From positions 544,001 through 608,000 of the forward strand of contig OZ245003.1 of assembly GCA_965223425.1 (NCBI GenBank): a DNA stretch of 64,000 nt. The letters are read 5' to 3'. Under the pieces are notes generated by a model. It made no database searches. It was given only the letters and a program-made list of their open reading frames with translations, and was not told where the DNA came from. Origin of the DNA: Nitrosopumilus sp. GTDB lineage: Archaea > Thermoproteota > Nitrososphaeria > Nitrososphaerales > Nitrosopumilaceae. This document shows positions 29,537 to 38,798 of the stretch, piece after piece (within the stretch, counting starts at the first letter, position 1; each line of letters starts with the position of its first letter). A program made the translations under genes and the position numbers.

Positions 29537-30484
29537 TTAAAAAGTATCCAGTCCTTCAAAATCGATTTTTACTGAAAAGCATTCGTAATTCTTCTCTTTG
29601 AATTGATTAATGGAAGCTTCCAAATTTGATTCATCAGTTAAAGCAAAGATGCATCCTCCGCCCCCTGCACCTGTAATTTTTGCCCCAAAGGATGATTTTT
29701 GTCCTATTTGGATCATATTTCTTAATTTTTCATTTGAGATCCCTATGGTTTCCAAATATTCTTGATTTTGAATTATTTTTTTACCTAATTCCTTGGTGTT
29801 GTTACTTTCTAATAATTTCAAAACATCTTCGACTAGTTTTGATTCATTATCACATAGTTTTGCAAACTCCATTTCATTTTCTTCTTTGAATTTTTTTACT
29901 CCTGAAACTATTGATTCTGTGGAATGTTCTATGTTTGAATTTGCGACTATTAGATGAAAGTTAGGCTCAGATTCTATTTTTGCAAATCCATTTTTTTTAT
30001 CATATTCTATGATTCCCCCATATGTACAAACAGTGCAATCTGCACCCGAAGTATTTTGAAAAATTGTTTTTTCAGCTGCAATTGCCAGTTCGAGAATCTC
30101 CTCTTTTGTTGGTTCTGTAAATAATCTGGAAATTGCCGCTGCACCTGCAACGCAACACGCAGACGATGAGCCTAAACCCACCCCTAACGGAATATCTGAT
30201 TCTACGATAATTTTAATTCCCATAATTTCATTTTGTGCTTGTAACATTTTATCTGCTAAATAATAAAATGGTTTTAATGGAGAACTTGTTTCTGAAATAG
30301 GTTTGTTTGGTTCCAAAACCAAATCTCCTATATTTGATTGAATGAAAATTTTTCTCTCATCAATTTCTTCGGCAGTAACTGTGACTCTTTTATTGATTGC
30401 GCAAAGAATAGCTTTTACTCCATATACTACGAAATGTTCTCCAAAAAGAATGACTTTTCCTGGTGCAGAGGCTTTGGATTTCAA
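29537..30484 (-). CDS. mvk: Mevalonate kinase
   Basis: APGKVILFGEHFVVYG, PLGVGLGSSSA, KITGAGGGG. Confidence 0.95.
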   Translation of the reverse strand: MKSKASAPGKVILFGEHFVVYGVKAILCAINKRVTVTAEEIDERKIFIQSNIGDLVLEPNKPISETSSPLKPFYYLADKMLQAQNEIMGIKIIVESDIPLGVGLGSSSACCVAGAAAISRLFTEPTKEEILELAIAAEKTIFQNTSGADCTVCTYGGIIEYDKKNGFAKIESEPNFHLIVANSNIEHSTESIVSGVKKFKEENEMEFAKLCDNESKLVEDVLKLLESNNTKELGKKIIQNQEYLETIGISNEKLRNMIQIGQKSSFGAKITGAGGGGCIFALTDESNLEASINQFKEKNYECFSVKIDFEGLDTF

Positions 30485-30507
30485 GTGAATACTGTAATTT
30501 GATTGAA

Positions 30508-31131
30508 TTATTCGGTTTCCTCTTCTATGATCTTTGTTTCAAAATCATCGATTTCATACTTCATTGGATCATCTTCTTTTAGTTCGCCTCTTTCAATGAG
30601 AATTTGGCGTACCAATAACCAGTAAACTGTTGCAAGAGCTTTTCTCCCTCTGTTGTTTGCTGGAATAATCACATCCAGTTTCGATGTAATGTTATCTGTA
30701 TTTGCAATTCCTATTACGGGAATACCTGCATTAGTGGCTTCTGTAACTGCTTGTTTGTCAACTTGTGGATCTGAAATTAAGACTAATTTTGGTTCAATGT
30801 AGTATGGTAATGAAGGATTTGTCAAAGTTCCTGGCATGAATCTGCCAAGGAGCTTCTTAGAGTCTAGCATCTCACAGAATTTCTCAATTGGTGTTTCTGC
30901 ATATTGCCTGCCTGAACATACAATCAGTTTGTCTGTTCCTAATCTGTTGATGAATTTTGCAGCGGTTTGAATTTTCTCTAATGTAATATTTAGATCAAGC
31001 ATGTAAAGTCCTTCAGGACTGGCTTTTGTGATGAATGGTTTCATGAATTTGGTCTTTACTTGAGTTCCTACTCTGATTCCAGTGGATAGGACCTTCTTTT
31101 TGATGTCTGTTGCTTCAGTTTGTTGACTCAT
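30508..31131 (-). CDS. rps2: 30S ribosomal protein S2
   Basis: GRFMPGTLTNP, IPANNRGRKAL. Confidence 0.96.
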   Translation of the reverse strand: MSQQTEATDIKKKVLSTGIRVGTQVKTKFMKPFITKASPEGLYMLDLNITLEKIQTAAKFINRLGTDKLIVCSGRQYAETPIEKFCEMLDSKKLLGRFMPGTLTNPSLPYYIEPKLVLISDPQVDKQAVTEATNAGIPVIGIANTDNITSKLDVIIPANNRGRKALATVYWLLVRQILIERGELKEDDPMKYEIDDFETKIIEEETE

Positions 31132-31138
31132 AGCGATT

Positions 31139-32377
31139 TTAAATCTCTGCCATGCCGCATATTAAATCATGCTCTGATAGGCGTAATAATTCATTGAGTT
31201 TTGCAACTCTTTCTCCCCCCACTACGCCAACTTTGAGCATTTTTGATTTTGTTGCTAATCCTATGTGTGATATTTGTGCATCAATAGACTCGCCTGATCT
31301 ATGTGATGTGATTAATTTGACATCATTTTGATTTGCAACATTGGCAAATTCAAGAGCATCATAGAGGCTACCTGCTTGATTTACTTTTAAAATTGCCGCA
31401 TTGCATGATTTTGAATCAATCGCTTTTGTCAGAATATCTTTGTTTGTGACTGTCAAATCATCTCCCGCAATCATTGCATTTGGAAATTTCTTTGTTAATT
31501 CTGCCATATCTTCAAAAGCTTCCTCATGCACTGCATCTTCTGCATAAACTAACTTGTATTTTTCAATAATATTTGCAGCAAAATCAATTTGTTCTCCAGT
31601 AGAATTTTCAAATCCAGCCCTGTCGTAAATGTACTTTTGTTTTTCTTCATTCCATTGTATAGATGATGCAAAATCCACTCCAAGCGATACCTCTTTTCCC
31701 AACGTAAATCCCAAGTTTTCACAGGCCTTTGCAGAAACTTCTAGTGCCTTTTGATTCTCTAATTTTGGTGCCCATCCGCCTTCATCCCCTCTACCGTTAG
31801 TAAAATCAGGGTCTTCTTTTTCTAAAACATTGCGTAACTCTTTGTGTACTTTCAAATTAGTTTCAATCGAGTCTTCTATGGTTTTTGATCCTGTCGAACA
31901 AATCAAAATCTCTTGAATGTCCGGCGTTCCAGGTCCTGCATGTGCTCCACCGCCCAAAACATTGCCTAGTGGAAACGGAAATTTGAATGATGTTTCTGAT
32001 GATAATGTTTGAAATAAATGCTGTCCTGCAGCTTTTGATGCTGACTCCATTGATGCGATAGTCACTGCAAATGCAAGGGCTCCGCCAATATCTGAATAGT
32101 TTGAAGAGTCATCCAAACTCTTTAGAATATCATGTATTCCTTTAAGATCTGAAGATTCTAACCCAATAAATTTTTGAGAGTTTTCTTGCAGAATTCTTAG
32201 ACTATCTTCTGGTTTTCCATTAGGAAAACTAACTGCTTCATAATTTCCGACACTAGCACCTGAAGGTGCGCAAGCTCTTCCTAAAAATCCACCATCTGAT
32301 TTAACATCTACTTCAATTGTTTTGCTTCCTCTGCTGTTGTATAGAATACGTCCTTCAATCGAGGAAATTTTGGTCAA
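31139..32377 (-). CDS. eno: Enolase
   Basis: NSRG..TIEVDV, APSGAS, GDEGG, LKVNQ, SHRSGES. Confidence 0.95.
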   Translation of the reverse strand: MTKISSIEGRILYNSRGSKTIEVDVKSDGGFLGRACAPSGASVGNYEAVSFPNGKPEDSLRILQENSQKFIGLESSDLKGIHDILKSLDDSSNYSDIGGALAFAVTIASMESASKAAGQHLFQTLSSETSFKFPFPLGNVLGGGAHAGPGTPDIQEILICSTGSKTIEDSIETNLKVHKELRNVLEKEDPDFTNGRGDEGGWAPKLENQKALEVSAKACENLGFTLGKEVSLGVDFASSIQWNEEKQKYIYDRAGFENSTGEQIDFAANIIEKYKLVYAEDAVHEEAFEDMAELTKKFPNAMIAGDDLTVTNKDILTKAIDSKSCNAAILKVNQAGSLYDALEFANVANQNDVKLITSHRSGESIDAQISHIGLATKSKMLKVGVVGGERVAKLNELLRLSEHDLICGMAEI

Positions 32378-32378
32378 G

Positions 32379-32615
32379 TTACTCTAACTCGGATTGAACT
32401 TCCTGTTTTCTTTTCTGAATTGCTTCATAAAATGGAATTACTTGTTGAATTGTTTCGACTGTGGTCAAAAGCATTCTTCTACAACAATATCTTTCAATTC
32501 CTAAAGAATCTAGAGCTTTTGCAGGATCTTCGCCAGACTTTACCTTATTTTGATAATCATCATATTTGTCGGCAATTAAATTTCCACACGTAAAACATCT
32601 GACAGGAATTAACAT
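32379..32615 (-). CDS. rpoN: RNA polymerase subunit N (Rpo10)
   Basis: MLIPVRCFTCG...RYCCRRM; ATG at 32615. Confidence 0.96.
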   Translation of the reverse strand: MLIPVRCFTCGNLIADKYDDYQNKVKSGEDPAKALDSLGIERYCCRRMLLTTVETIQQVIPFYEAIQKRKQEVQSELE

Positions 32616-32667
32616 ACGAACGAAAAAGTAATCAAGGATTATAAAAACCATACAAGAAAATTTCCTT

Positions 32668-32752
32668 GCGGGCGTCGCCCAGCCTGGCCAAAGGCGCTAG
32701 CTTGAGGGGCTAGTCTCTCAGGAGTTCGTGGGTTCAAATCCCATCGCCCGCA
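32668..32752 (+). tRNA. tRNA-Leu(GAG)
   Basis: GCGGGCG/CGCCCGC acceptor stem; anticodon arm CTAGC-TTGAGGG-GCTAG; long variable arm; GTTCAAATC. Confidence 0.95.
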
Positions 32753-32767
32753 TACAAATTTTGAAAG

Positions 32768-33382
32768 TTATTTCTCTAGTTTTCGTAAAGTTTTGATTAA
32801 TTCAGTTCTTCTTTTCTCTTCGGTAATTGCAGATCTCACATCATCCACAAGAATTCTATTTACATCAATTTTTCTTCGAGCCTCTTTTACAACTTTATCA
32901 TACACTGAAAAAGTGTAAAGCTGGAGATACAAATTTTCCATAACTTCAAAAACTCTTGTGGCCTCGTCAATTTCACCAATTCTAATTTTATCAAATACCA
33001 TTCTTTTCAATTCGCCCACACAATCCAGCAACCCTAAAACATAAGATTCTGGCATTACTGATAATTTTTTATCTGAGGGGATTTCTTTTTTTTCAACAAC
33101 CGCAATTAGACATGCAGCTTCTACAAATTCTTGTTCTGGCGTAATCAGGTATCTTCCAAGTTCTCCAGTTGCCTTTGTCTTGTATTTCTTCAGAGATTTC
33201 TCTGCCTGACTCAGATTCTTTTTCCCAGTCTTTAGATCTCCTTTATGGACTGCGATGATTGATCTGCTGCAAAGAATGATTATTTCTCTTGTATTTTTTA
33301 GTAGAAACTCTCTTGCATCCTGGATGTTACCTAGAGATTTTGCAATTTTATTTAATGATGGTTTTACGTTCTTTAACGTCAT
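32768..33382 (-). CDS. Translin family protein
   Basis: QEFVEA, YVLGLLDCVGELKR, RRKID. Confidence 0.88.
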   Translation of the reverse strand: MTLKNVKPSLNKIAKSLGNIQDAREFLLKNTREIIILCSRSIIAVHKGDLKTGKKNLSQAEKSLKKYKTKATGELGRYLITPEQEFVEAACLIAVVEKKEIPSDKKLSVMPESYVLGLLDCVGELKRMVFDKIRIGEIDEATRVFEVMENLYLQLYTFSVYDKVVKEARRKIDVNRILVDDVRSAITEEKRRTELIKTLRKLEK

Positions 33383-33455
33383 GCTTGGTGTTATCTAGAG
33401 ACTAGGATAAAGTCGTTTGCTATATTTTTTATTATATTTTCACGCCTCTGAAATT

Positions 33456-34520
33456 CTATTTAAAAAAGAAATTAAGTATCTTCTTTAATCCTGCCGCTGA
33501 TTTACCATTTACGTCTATAGTATGTGTAGGTTTTTCAACAAAAATTCCTTGTGGACGATACAATAGTATTGCCAGTAAGATTACTCCTAACAACAAAAAG
33601 TCAAGCCATACAACATCGAATGGGACAAATCCCTCAAACGAATCTTTGAAAAATATGATAAACTTTCGTAATGTCACAAAAACTAATGTTCCAATTATTA
33701 CTCCTTTGTTGTTTGCAAGTCCTCCAATGAGAATCATAAGGAATGGCCAAAATGTCCAACTTGCTCTATCGTATGCAAATGCAATGGTACCACCAACATA
33801 AAATGCGTATAATGCACCACCAATTGCTGCCAGTGCAGCTGAAACAATTATTATTTTAATTCTAATTTGTGTAGCGTTTTTCCCAAGAGCTTCAACTGCT
33901 ACTTCATTGTCACGAACAGCTCGAAGCATTCTTCCAAGTGGGGAACGAATCATTTTTTCACTAAACACAAAAACAACAATTGCAATTAGCACTAATCCTA
34001 GCGTAGCTACAGGAAAACGCATCTCATCAGGTAAAAATGATAATGGATCCGGCACCTGAACTCCAAGCGTCCCCCCAACTAACGGAGTAAAATTATTTCC
34101 AATAATTCTAATACTTTCACCAAAAGCTAGCAGCGTGATTGCCAAATAATCCCCGCGCAATCTAATTGCAGGATATGATGTGAGTAATCCTACTCCTCCG
34201 CCTACTCCTGCAGCAATGCCTAATGTCAAAAAGAAAACAACAAAACCAATGCCCGTGTTGTCAACTAACCACAGATTGATCTCAGAAACTATTGCCAAAT
34301 TATTTGTGATATAGTCCCCTTCAATTCCTGCCATGTTTGCAAAAATTCTTCCAGGAATTGATGCAGCTACAAATGCACCCGCCCCCACTGCTAATACCTT
34401 ACCAAAGTTTGGAATTCCGGTATACCCAAATTCCATATTCAAACTAAGATTGACAATAACATAGATTGCAAATATTGCAAGAAGATCTACGATGAAAATT
34501 GTTTCAGCTTCTAGAACCAT
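33456..34520 (-). CDS. livM: Branched-chain amino acid ABC permease
   Basis: GYTGIPNFG, RLRGDYLAITLLAFGE, LRAVRDNE. Confidence 0.92.
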   Translation of the reverse strand: MVLEAETIFIVDLLAIFAIYVIVNLSLNMEFGYTGIPNFGKVLAVGAGAFVAASIPGRIFANMAGIEGDYITNNLAIVSEINLWLVDNTGIGFVVFFLTLGIAAGVGGGVGLLTSYPAIRLRGDYLAITLLAFGESIRIIGNNFTPLVGGTLGVQVPDPLSFLPDEMRFPVATLGLVLIAIVVFVFSEKMIRSPLGRMLRAVRDNEVAVEALGKNATQIRIKIIIVSAALAAIGGALYAFYVGGTIAFAYDRASWTFWPFLMILIGGLANNKGVIIGTLVFVTLRKFIIFFKDSFEGFVPFDVVWLDFLLLGVILLAILLYRPQGIFVEKPTHTIDVNGKSAAGLKKILNFFFK

Positions 34521-35430
34521 TTCTCCTCAACTTTGACCAATTAATTCCTGCAAGTCCTCGTGGTGCTAAGAATAAAGTCACAACAATGAATATCAGCGGA
34601 ATGAGTGGACGATATGCAATCAGCCAAGAACCAATTTCTCCAGCTAAAAATCTTGTTCCTAAAACTTCGGTTAATCCTACAAGTATGCCGCCAGCTATTG
34701 CACCATAAATGCTCAGAAAACCTCCTGCTATACTTGCAGCAAATATGCTAGGTATTAACTGCGGTCCAAGGTTGGGATCTCCTTGAAACCACAATGACAT
34801 CAACGCTCCTGCTACTCCTGCAAATCCGCCGCCCATTAACCAAGAGACACCGTAAACTAGTTTGACGTTAATCCCAACTGTTCCTGCAAGATCTGAATTT
34901 TCAGTTGCCGCCCTCATTGCAATGCCAAATTTAGTTTTCTTCAGCATTATGTGCAATGTAATTGCCAAAATAGCAATAGTAATTGGTGCTATGAAAACTA
35001 TCAGGGGAAGCCCCATAAATTCTGCATCATAACTGCGTAACGTAAATTCTCTAGATGTAACCTGGAATGTCTTTACAATATAATCTGCGAAGATGTTTAG
35101 CATTGCAATCATTATCAAATCAAATGCTAATGTGGCAATCATCTGAATTGCCTGCGATGCTCCTTTTCGAATCAATGGTTTTAAAATAAAGGTGTATAGT
35201 ACAACAGCTATTATCCCCGATATTACAAATGCAATTGGAATTGCGATATATGGAGTAGTATCCCAAACTCTTGTTGCAACCAGTGCAATGTATACGCCAA
35301 TTGTTGCAAATGAGGCATGTGCAAAATTTGGAACTCTAGTTGTAAGATATGTAAGTGTCAGACCAATACTCAGAAGAGCCAAAAGACTAGCAAAAATTAT
35401 TGCGTCAGAAAATATGGGGTCAAATGCCAA
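34504..35430 (-). CDS. livH: Branched-chain amino acid ABC permease
   Basis: SIGLTLTY...NFAHA, FGIAMRA; likely TTG start at 35430. Confidence 0.9.
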   Translation of the reverse strand: MAFDPIFSDAIIFASLLALLSIGLTLTYLTTRVPNFAHASFATIGVYIALVATRVWDTTPYIAIPIAFVISGIIAVVLYTFILKPLIRKGASQAIQMIATLAFDLIMIAMLNIFADYIVKTFQVTSREFTLRSYDAEFMGLPLIVFIAPITIAILAITLHIMLKKTKFGIAMRAATENSDLAGTVGINVKLVYGVSWLMGGGFAGVAGALMSLWFQGDPNLGPQLIPSIFAASIAGGFLSIYGAIAGGILVGLTEVLGTRFLAGEIGSWLIAYRPLIPLIFIVVTLFLAPRGLAGINWSKLRRNGSRS

Positions 35431-35483
35431 ACTATCCCTTTCATATGGAAAACCCTTAATGTCTTTATACCTCTGTAGTTTTG

Positions 35484-36239
35484 ATGGCATTTTTATCAAT
35501 TTCTGGTATTCGAAAGCACTTTGGTGGAATGACAGTTCTTGATGGAATTGATATGGAATTAGAAGCAGGCAAATTGTATCAACTAATTGGCCCAAACGGT
35601 AGTGGAAAAACCACTCTCATCAATGTAGTGTCCGGTCTTTTAAAACCGGATGATGGGACAATCATTTTTGATGGAAATGATATTACTCAAAAAAGACTCT
35701 TTGAAACTTACAAGACCGGTCTAGTTAGAACTTGGCAAATACCACAACCATTTGTTAGTCTTACAACTATGGAAAACTTTTTGATTTCAAGCAATAAAAA
35801 TTCTGGAGAATCATTCCTAATGGCTCCCTTCAAGTCAAAATGGAAAAATGATGAGAAAGAAATCACCGATAATGCTGTTGAGATTATGGAGATGGTAAGT
35901 CTCATAGAAAAAAATAACACTCTTAGTCAGAATCTTAGTGGTGGACAGCAAAAACTTCTCGAATTAGGTCGTGCAATGATGTCTGGCGCTAAGATGATTA
36001 TGATGGATGAGCCCATTGCAGGTGTGAATCCAACTTTAGCACATGAAATATTTGATAAAATTTCAAAACTTTGCAAGAAACAGAAACTAACATTTTTGAT
36101 TATAGAACATCGGTTAGATATTGCATTGCAATATGCAAATCATGTGTTTGCAATGGACAAGGGAGTAATAATTGCAGAAGGAAATTCTGATGAAGTAATA
36201 AAACACCCAAAAGTTGTGGAATCATACCTGGGAGGATAA
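35484..36239 (+). CDS. livG: Branched-chain amino acid ABC ATPase
   Basis: GPNGSGKTT, LSGGQQKLLE, VVESYLG. Confidence 0.92.
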   Translation: MAFLSISGIRKHFGGMTVLDGIDMELEAGKLYQLIGPNGSGKTTLINVVSGLLKPDDGTIIFDGNDITQKRLFETYKTGLVRTWQIPQPFVSLTTMENFLISSNKNSGESFLMAPFKSKWKNDEKEITDNAVEIMEMVSLIEKNNTLSQNLSGGQQKLLELGRAMMSGAKMIMMDEPIAGVNPTLAHEIFDKISKLCKKQKLTFLIIEHRLDIALQYANHVFAMDKGVIIAEGNSDEVIKHPKVVESYLGG

Positions 36240-36971
36240 ATGTCACAAAAAACTATTGAATCAATCATTCATGTGGATGCCTTGGATTCCGGATATGTAA
36301 ATAGCCATATTCTTTTTGGAGTGGATTTTGAAGCAAGAGAAAAAGAGATTACTGTAGTGGTTGGTCCAAATGGAAGCGGAAAAAGTACCTTGCTCAAAAG
36401 TATCTTTGGTTTGTGTGCAATCTATTCTGGAGAAATTAGTTTTCACGGTCAAACTATAACCGGGCTTGCACCACATGAAGTGGCAAGAAAAAAAATTGCA
36501 TATTTGCCTCAAGTAGACAACGTGTTTTCCAATCTAACCATTAGAGAGAATCTGATCATGGCAAGTTATACTCTTGATTCAAAGACTATTTCCCAGCGAT
36601 TATCTGAAATATTTGAGACATTTTCAATACTAAAAAAATATGAAAAATCAAAAGCAAATACTCTTAGTGGCGGTGAACGCCAAATGCTTGCAATGGCTAT
36701 GGCGCTAATTAGGCAACCAAAAGTTATGCTGTTTGATGAACCCACAGCAAGCCTTTCACCAAAACTAGCTAATGAAGTACTATCAAAAATTAAACAGATG
36801 CGTGATGATTTTGGAATTACAATAATTTTAGTTGAACAAAACGTAAAACGTGCGCTTAAGCTAGGTGATTACGTGTATCTTTTGGCAAACGGTAAAAGAG
36901 TTTTCAAAGGAAAACCTGAAGAGTTGCTGTCACATCCAGATCTAAGCAAACTATACTTGGGAATTAATTAA
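36240..36971 (+). CDS. livF: Branched-chain amino acid ABC ATPase
   Basis: GPNGSGKST, LSGGERQMLAM, VEQN. Confidence 0.92.
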   Translation: MSQKTIESIIHVDALDSGYVNSHILFGVDFEAREKEITVVVGPNGSGKSTLLKSIFGLCAIYSGEISFHGQTITGLAPHEVARKKIAYLPQVDNVFSNLTIRENLIMASYTLDSKTISQRLSEIFETFSILKKYEKSKANTLSGGERQMLAMAMALIRQPKVMLFDEPTASLSPKLANEVLSKIKQMRDDFGITIILVEQNVKRALKLGDYVYLLANGKRVFKGKPEELLSHPDLSKLYLGIN

Positions 36972-36983
36972 TTAATCATTTAA

Positions 36984-37232
36984 TTATTTTTTACAACCAA
37001 TTCCGTCTTTACCTCTATCAAACCCATGAGGTAATGCAACATGGGTTTTTGTATCTGAAATTCTCTTGAACCCACCGTATCCTGTCGTGTTGCCTCTTTT
37101 TTTATTGAGAATTGATGATGAACCAGCTGTGTTTTTTGTAGATAGAGTACGAGTTGTGGTAACAGTTCGGATTTGTGGAGTCGGGTGTGTAAAATACGTC
37201 AGAATTACGGATTTTACGATCAATTCAGGCAC
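36984..37232 (-). pseudogene. Gene remnant ending in an Excalibur-like Ca-binding motif
   Basis: C-terminus PHGFDRGKDGIGCKK resembles the D.D.DG.GCE motif; cut off upstream by the IS. Confidence 0.4.
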
Positions 37233-37283
37233 AACGCTTCATAAATCCGAACTGTTACGAGTTGTGTGTTAGTTTAGTGATAT

Positions 37284-38675
37284 CAGTAGTTGGGATTGTA
37301 CCGTTCCAAAACAGCCCACAAATCACCCGTAGTAAGCACATAAATTTTTGGAACATTTAGCATGAATTTCATTCGTAAAAAACCAGATTTTCATTCCAAA
37401 ATTTTGTGTGTGAACTACGGTAGGCGGCGGCCACCTGGCATACACACATGCTGCAAACACGCGGATCATCCTGTTTAAAACTCCGGCAAGCGTCACATGA
37501 TAGCCTTTTCTGCCCGCCGTGCGACGCAGGCCTATCCAGATGTTGTTTAGCACCAGTGACAAAACAAACAAAAGCATCCGTACGGAGGGGTTCCTGCTGG
37601 CAGTGCGCGGGCGTATGCTCTTTGCAGACCTGTACCCCGTTTCAATTCCCCACCGTTTTTTGTACTGCTCTGGGATGTACTTGACAACGTCCCTTTCATT
37701 CTCGCATGGCAGCGACGTTGCAAATGCGCGATACCTGTCAAACATGGTGCCGTCTTTTTTCCTGGCGTCATCCCTGATCAGAACCAGGTTGAACGTGAAC
37801 TTTTCGGAGCCTGATTTTATGGTGTACCTAGAGACATCACCGCGCTTTCCTTGGGCGTGCTGTACAATGGCGCGCTTGATGCCGGCATTCTTTTTTGCCG
37901 GCATGATAAAATGCCTGTGAAGCGATCTGACAGTCCGCATCACGTCTGTTGCGTAAAACTCCCTGTCAAGAAGGTAAAGATTGATTCCAAGGTGCAGCTT
38001 GGAGCACTTTTTGATGGTTTTACGCACGAACTCGCCGTTGGATGTACCCCGGGTGACCGGACTGAAGCACAGGTTGGCCTCCTTGCCGCCCTGCACTATC
38101 TTGGATGTCATGTATGACTCAAACCTGTACGTTCCTGACTCGTATTTTGACTGTATGAGGTGTTTGAGGTCGGGGTTTTTGTCATGGTGCGGAATCTTGT
38201 GCTTGTCTATTGCAGCCACTGCCGTTTCGTTGCTGATGCGTCGCCTCATGCTGCGGCATGCCGTGTTGACCGTATCATGCATCATCTGGTCGCAGAAGCG
38301 GTTCATCTTGTCCTGCTTTATGATGCGCAGCTTTTTGAGCAGCCAGCTGCCCGACGGCATGCGGATGCCGGGAGAGCCGAGATCGCGTGCGCCGTTGGCG
38401 TATCCGTTGGAGCTGGCCATGACCAGAAGCATGTGCGCTGCATCCCTGAGGCTGTACAGCGTGTTGTGTCTTGTGCCAAAGGCAAGGTTCAGGTGTTGCA
38501 GTGCGGACTGGAAGATTTTAAATCCCTTGATGTCTTGATTCTGTTGGTGTGTTTGCCCATCTTTTTCGTACATGTTAAGGTGGGTGAGCATGCCTTGTAT
38601 TTGGATCTGGTTGATCGTGTTTTGTTCTCAAAATGATCAGTTTGGGCTATCCAAAATGTACAATCCCAACTACTG
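37284..38675 (-). mobile_element. ISH3-family insertion sequence
   Basis: Perfect 18-bp TIR CAGTAGTTGGGATTGTAC (37284-37301 / 38658-38675); higher GC; no exact target duplication. Confidence 0.9.
37323..38591 (-). CDS. ISH3-family DDE transposase
   Basis: AAIDKH, LLDREFY, YKKRWGIETGYR. Confidence 0.9.
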   Translation of the reverse strand: MLTHLNMYEKDGQTHQQNQDIKGFKIFQSALQHLNLAFGTRHNTLYSLRDAAHMLLVMASSNGYANGARDLGSPGIRMPSGSWLLKKLRIIKQDKMNRFCDQMMHDTVNTACRSMRRRISNETAVAAIDKHKIPHHDKNPDLKHLIQSKYESGTYRFESYMTSKIVQGGKEANLCFSPVTRGTSNGEFVRKTIKKCSKLHLGINLYLLDREFYATDVMRTVRSLHRHFIMPAKKNAGIKRAIVQHAQGKRGDVSRYTIKSGSEKFTFNLVLIRDDARKKDGTMFDRYRAFATSLPCENERDVVKYIPEQYKKRWGIETGYRSAKSIRPRTASRNPSVRMLLFVLSLVLNNIWIGLRRTAGRKGYHVTLAGVLNRMIRVFAACVYARWPPPTVVHTQNFGMKIWFFTNEIHAKCSKNLCAYYG

Positions 38676-38798
38676 GTATAAGCATCAGCCTTTGATTATA
38701 AGTAATTGTATTTAAAATCTTCAATTGCAAGCTTTTGTTTGGTTTGTGGGATCAAGCTGACTTTGTTGACAAAGCGATCCAAGACTTCATGGAACCGG

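Larger units (their letters stand above)
26472..29546. mobile_element. Integrative element inserted in the 3' end of mvk
   Basis: 12-bp direct repeat AATTAAAAAGTA at 26472-26483 and 29535-29546 (includes the mvk stop codon); integrase next to the left copy; splits the mvk-ipk operon. Confidence 0.85.
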
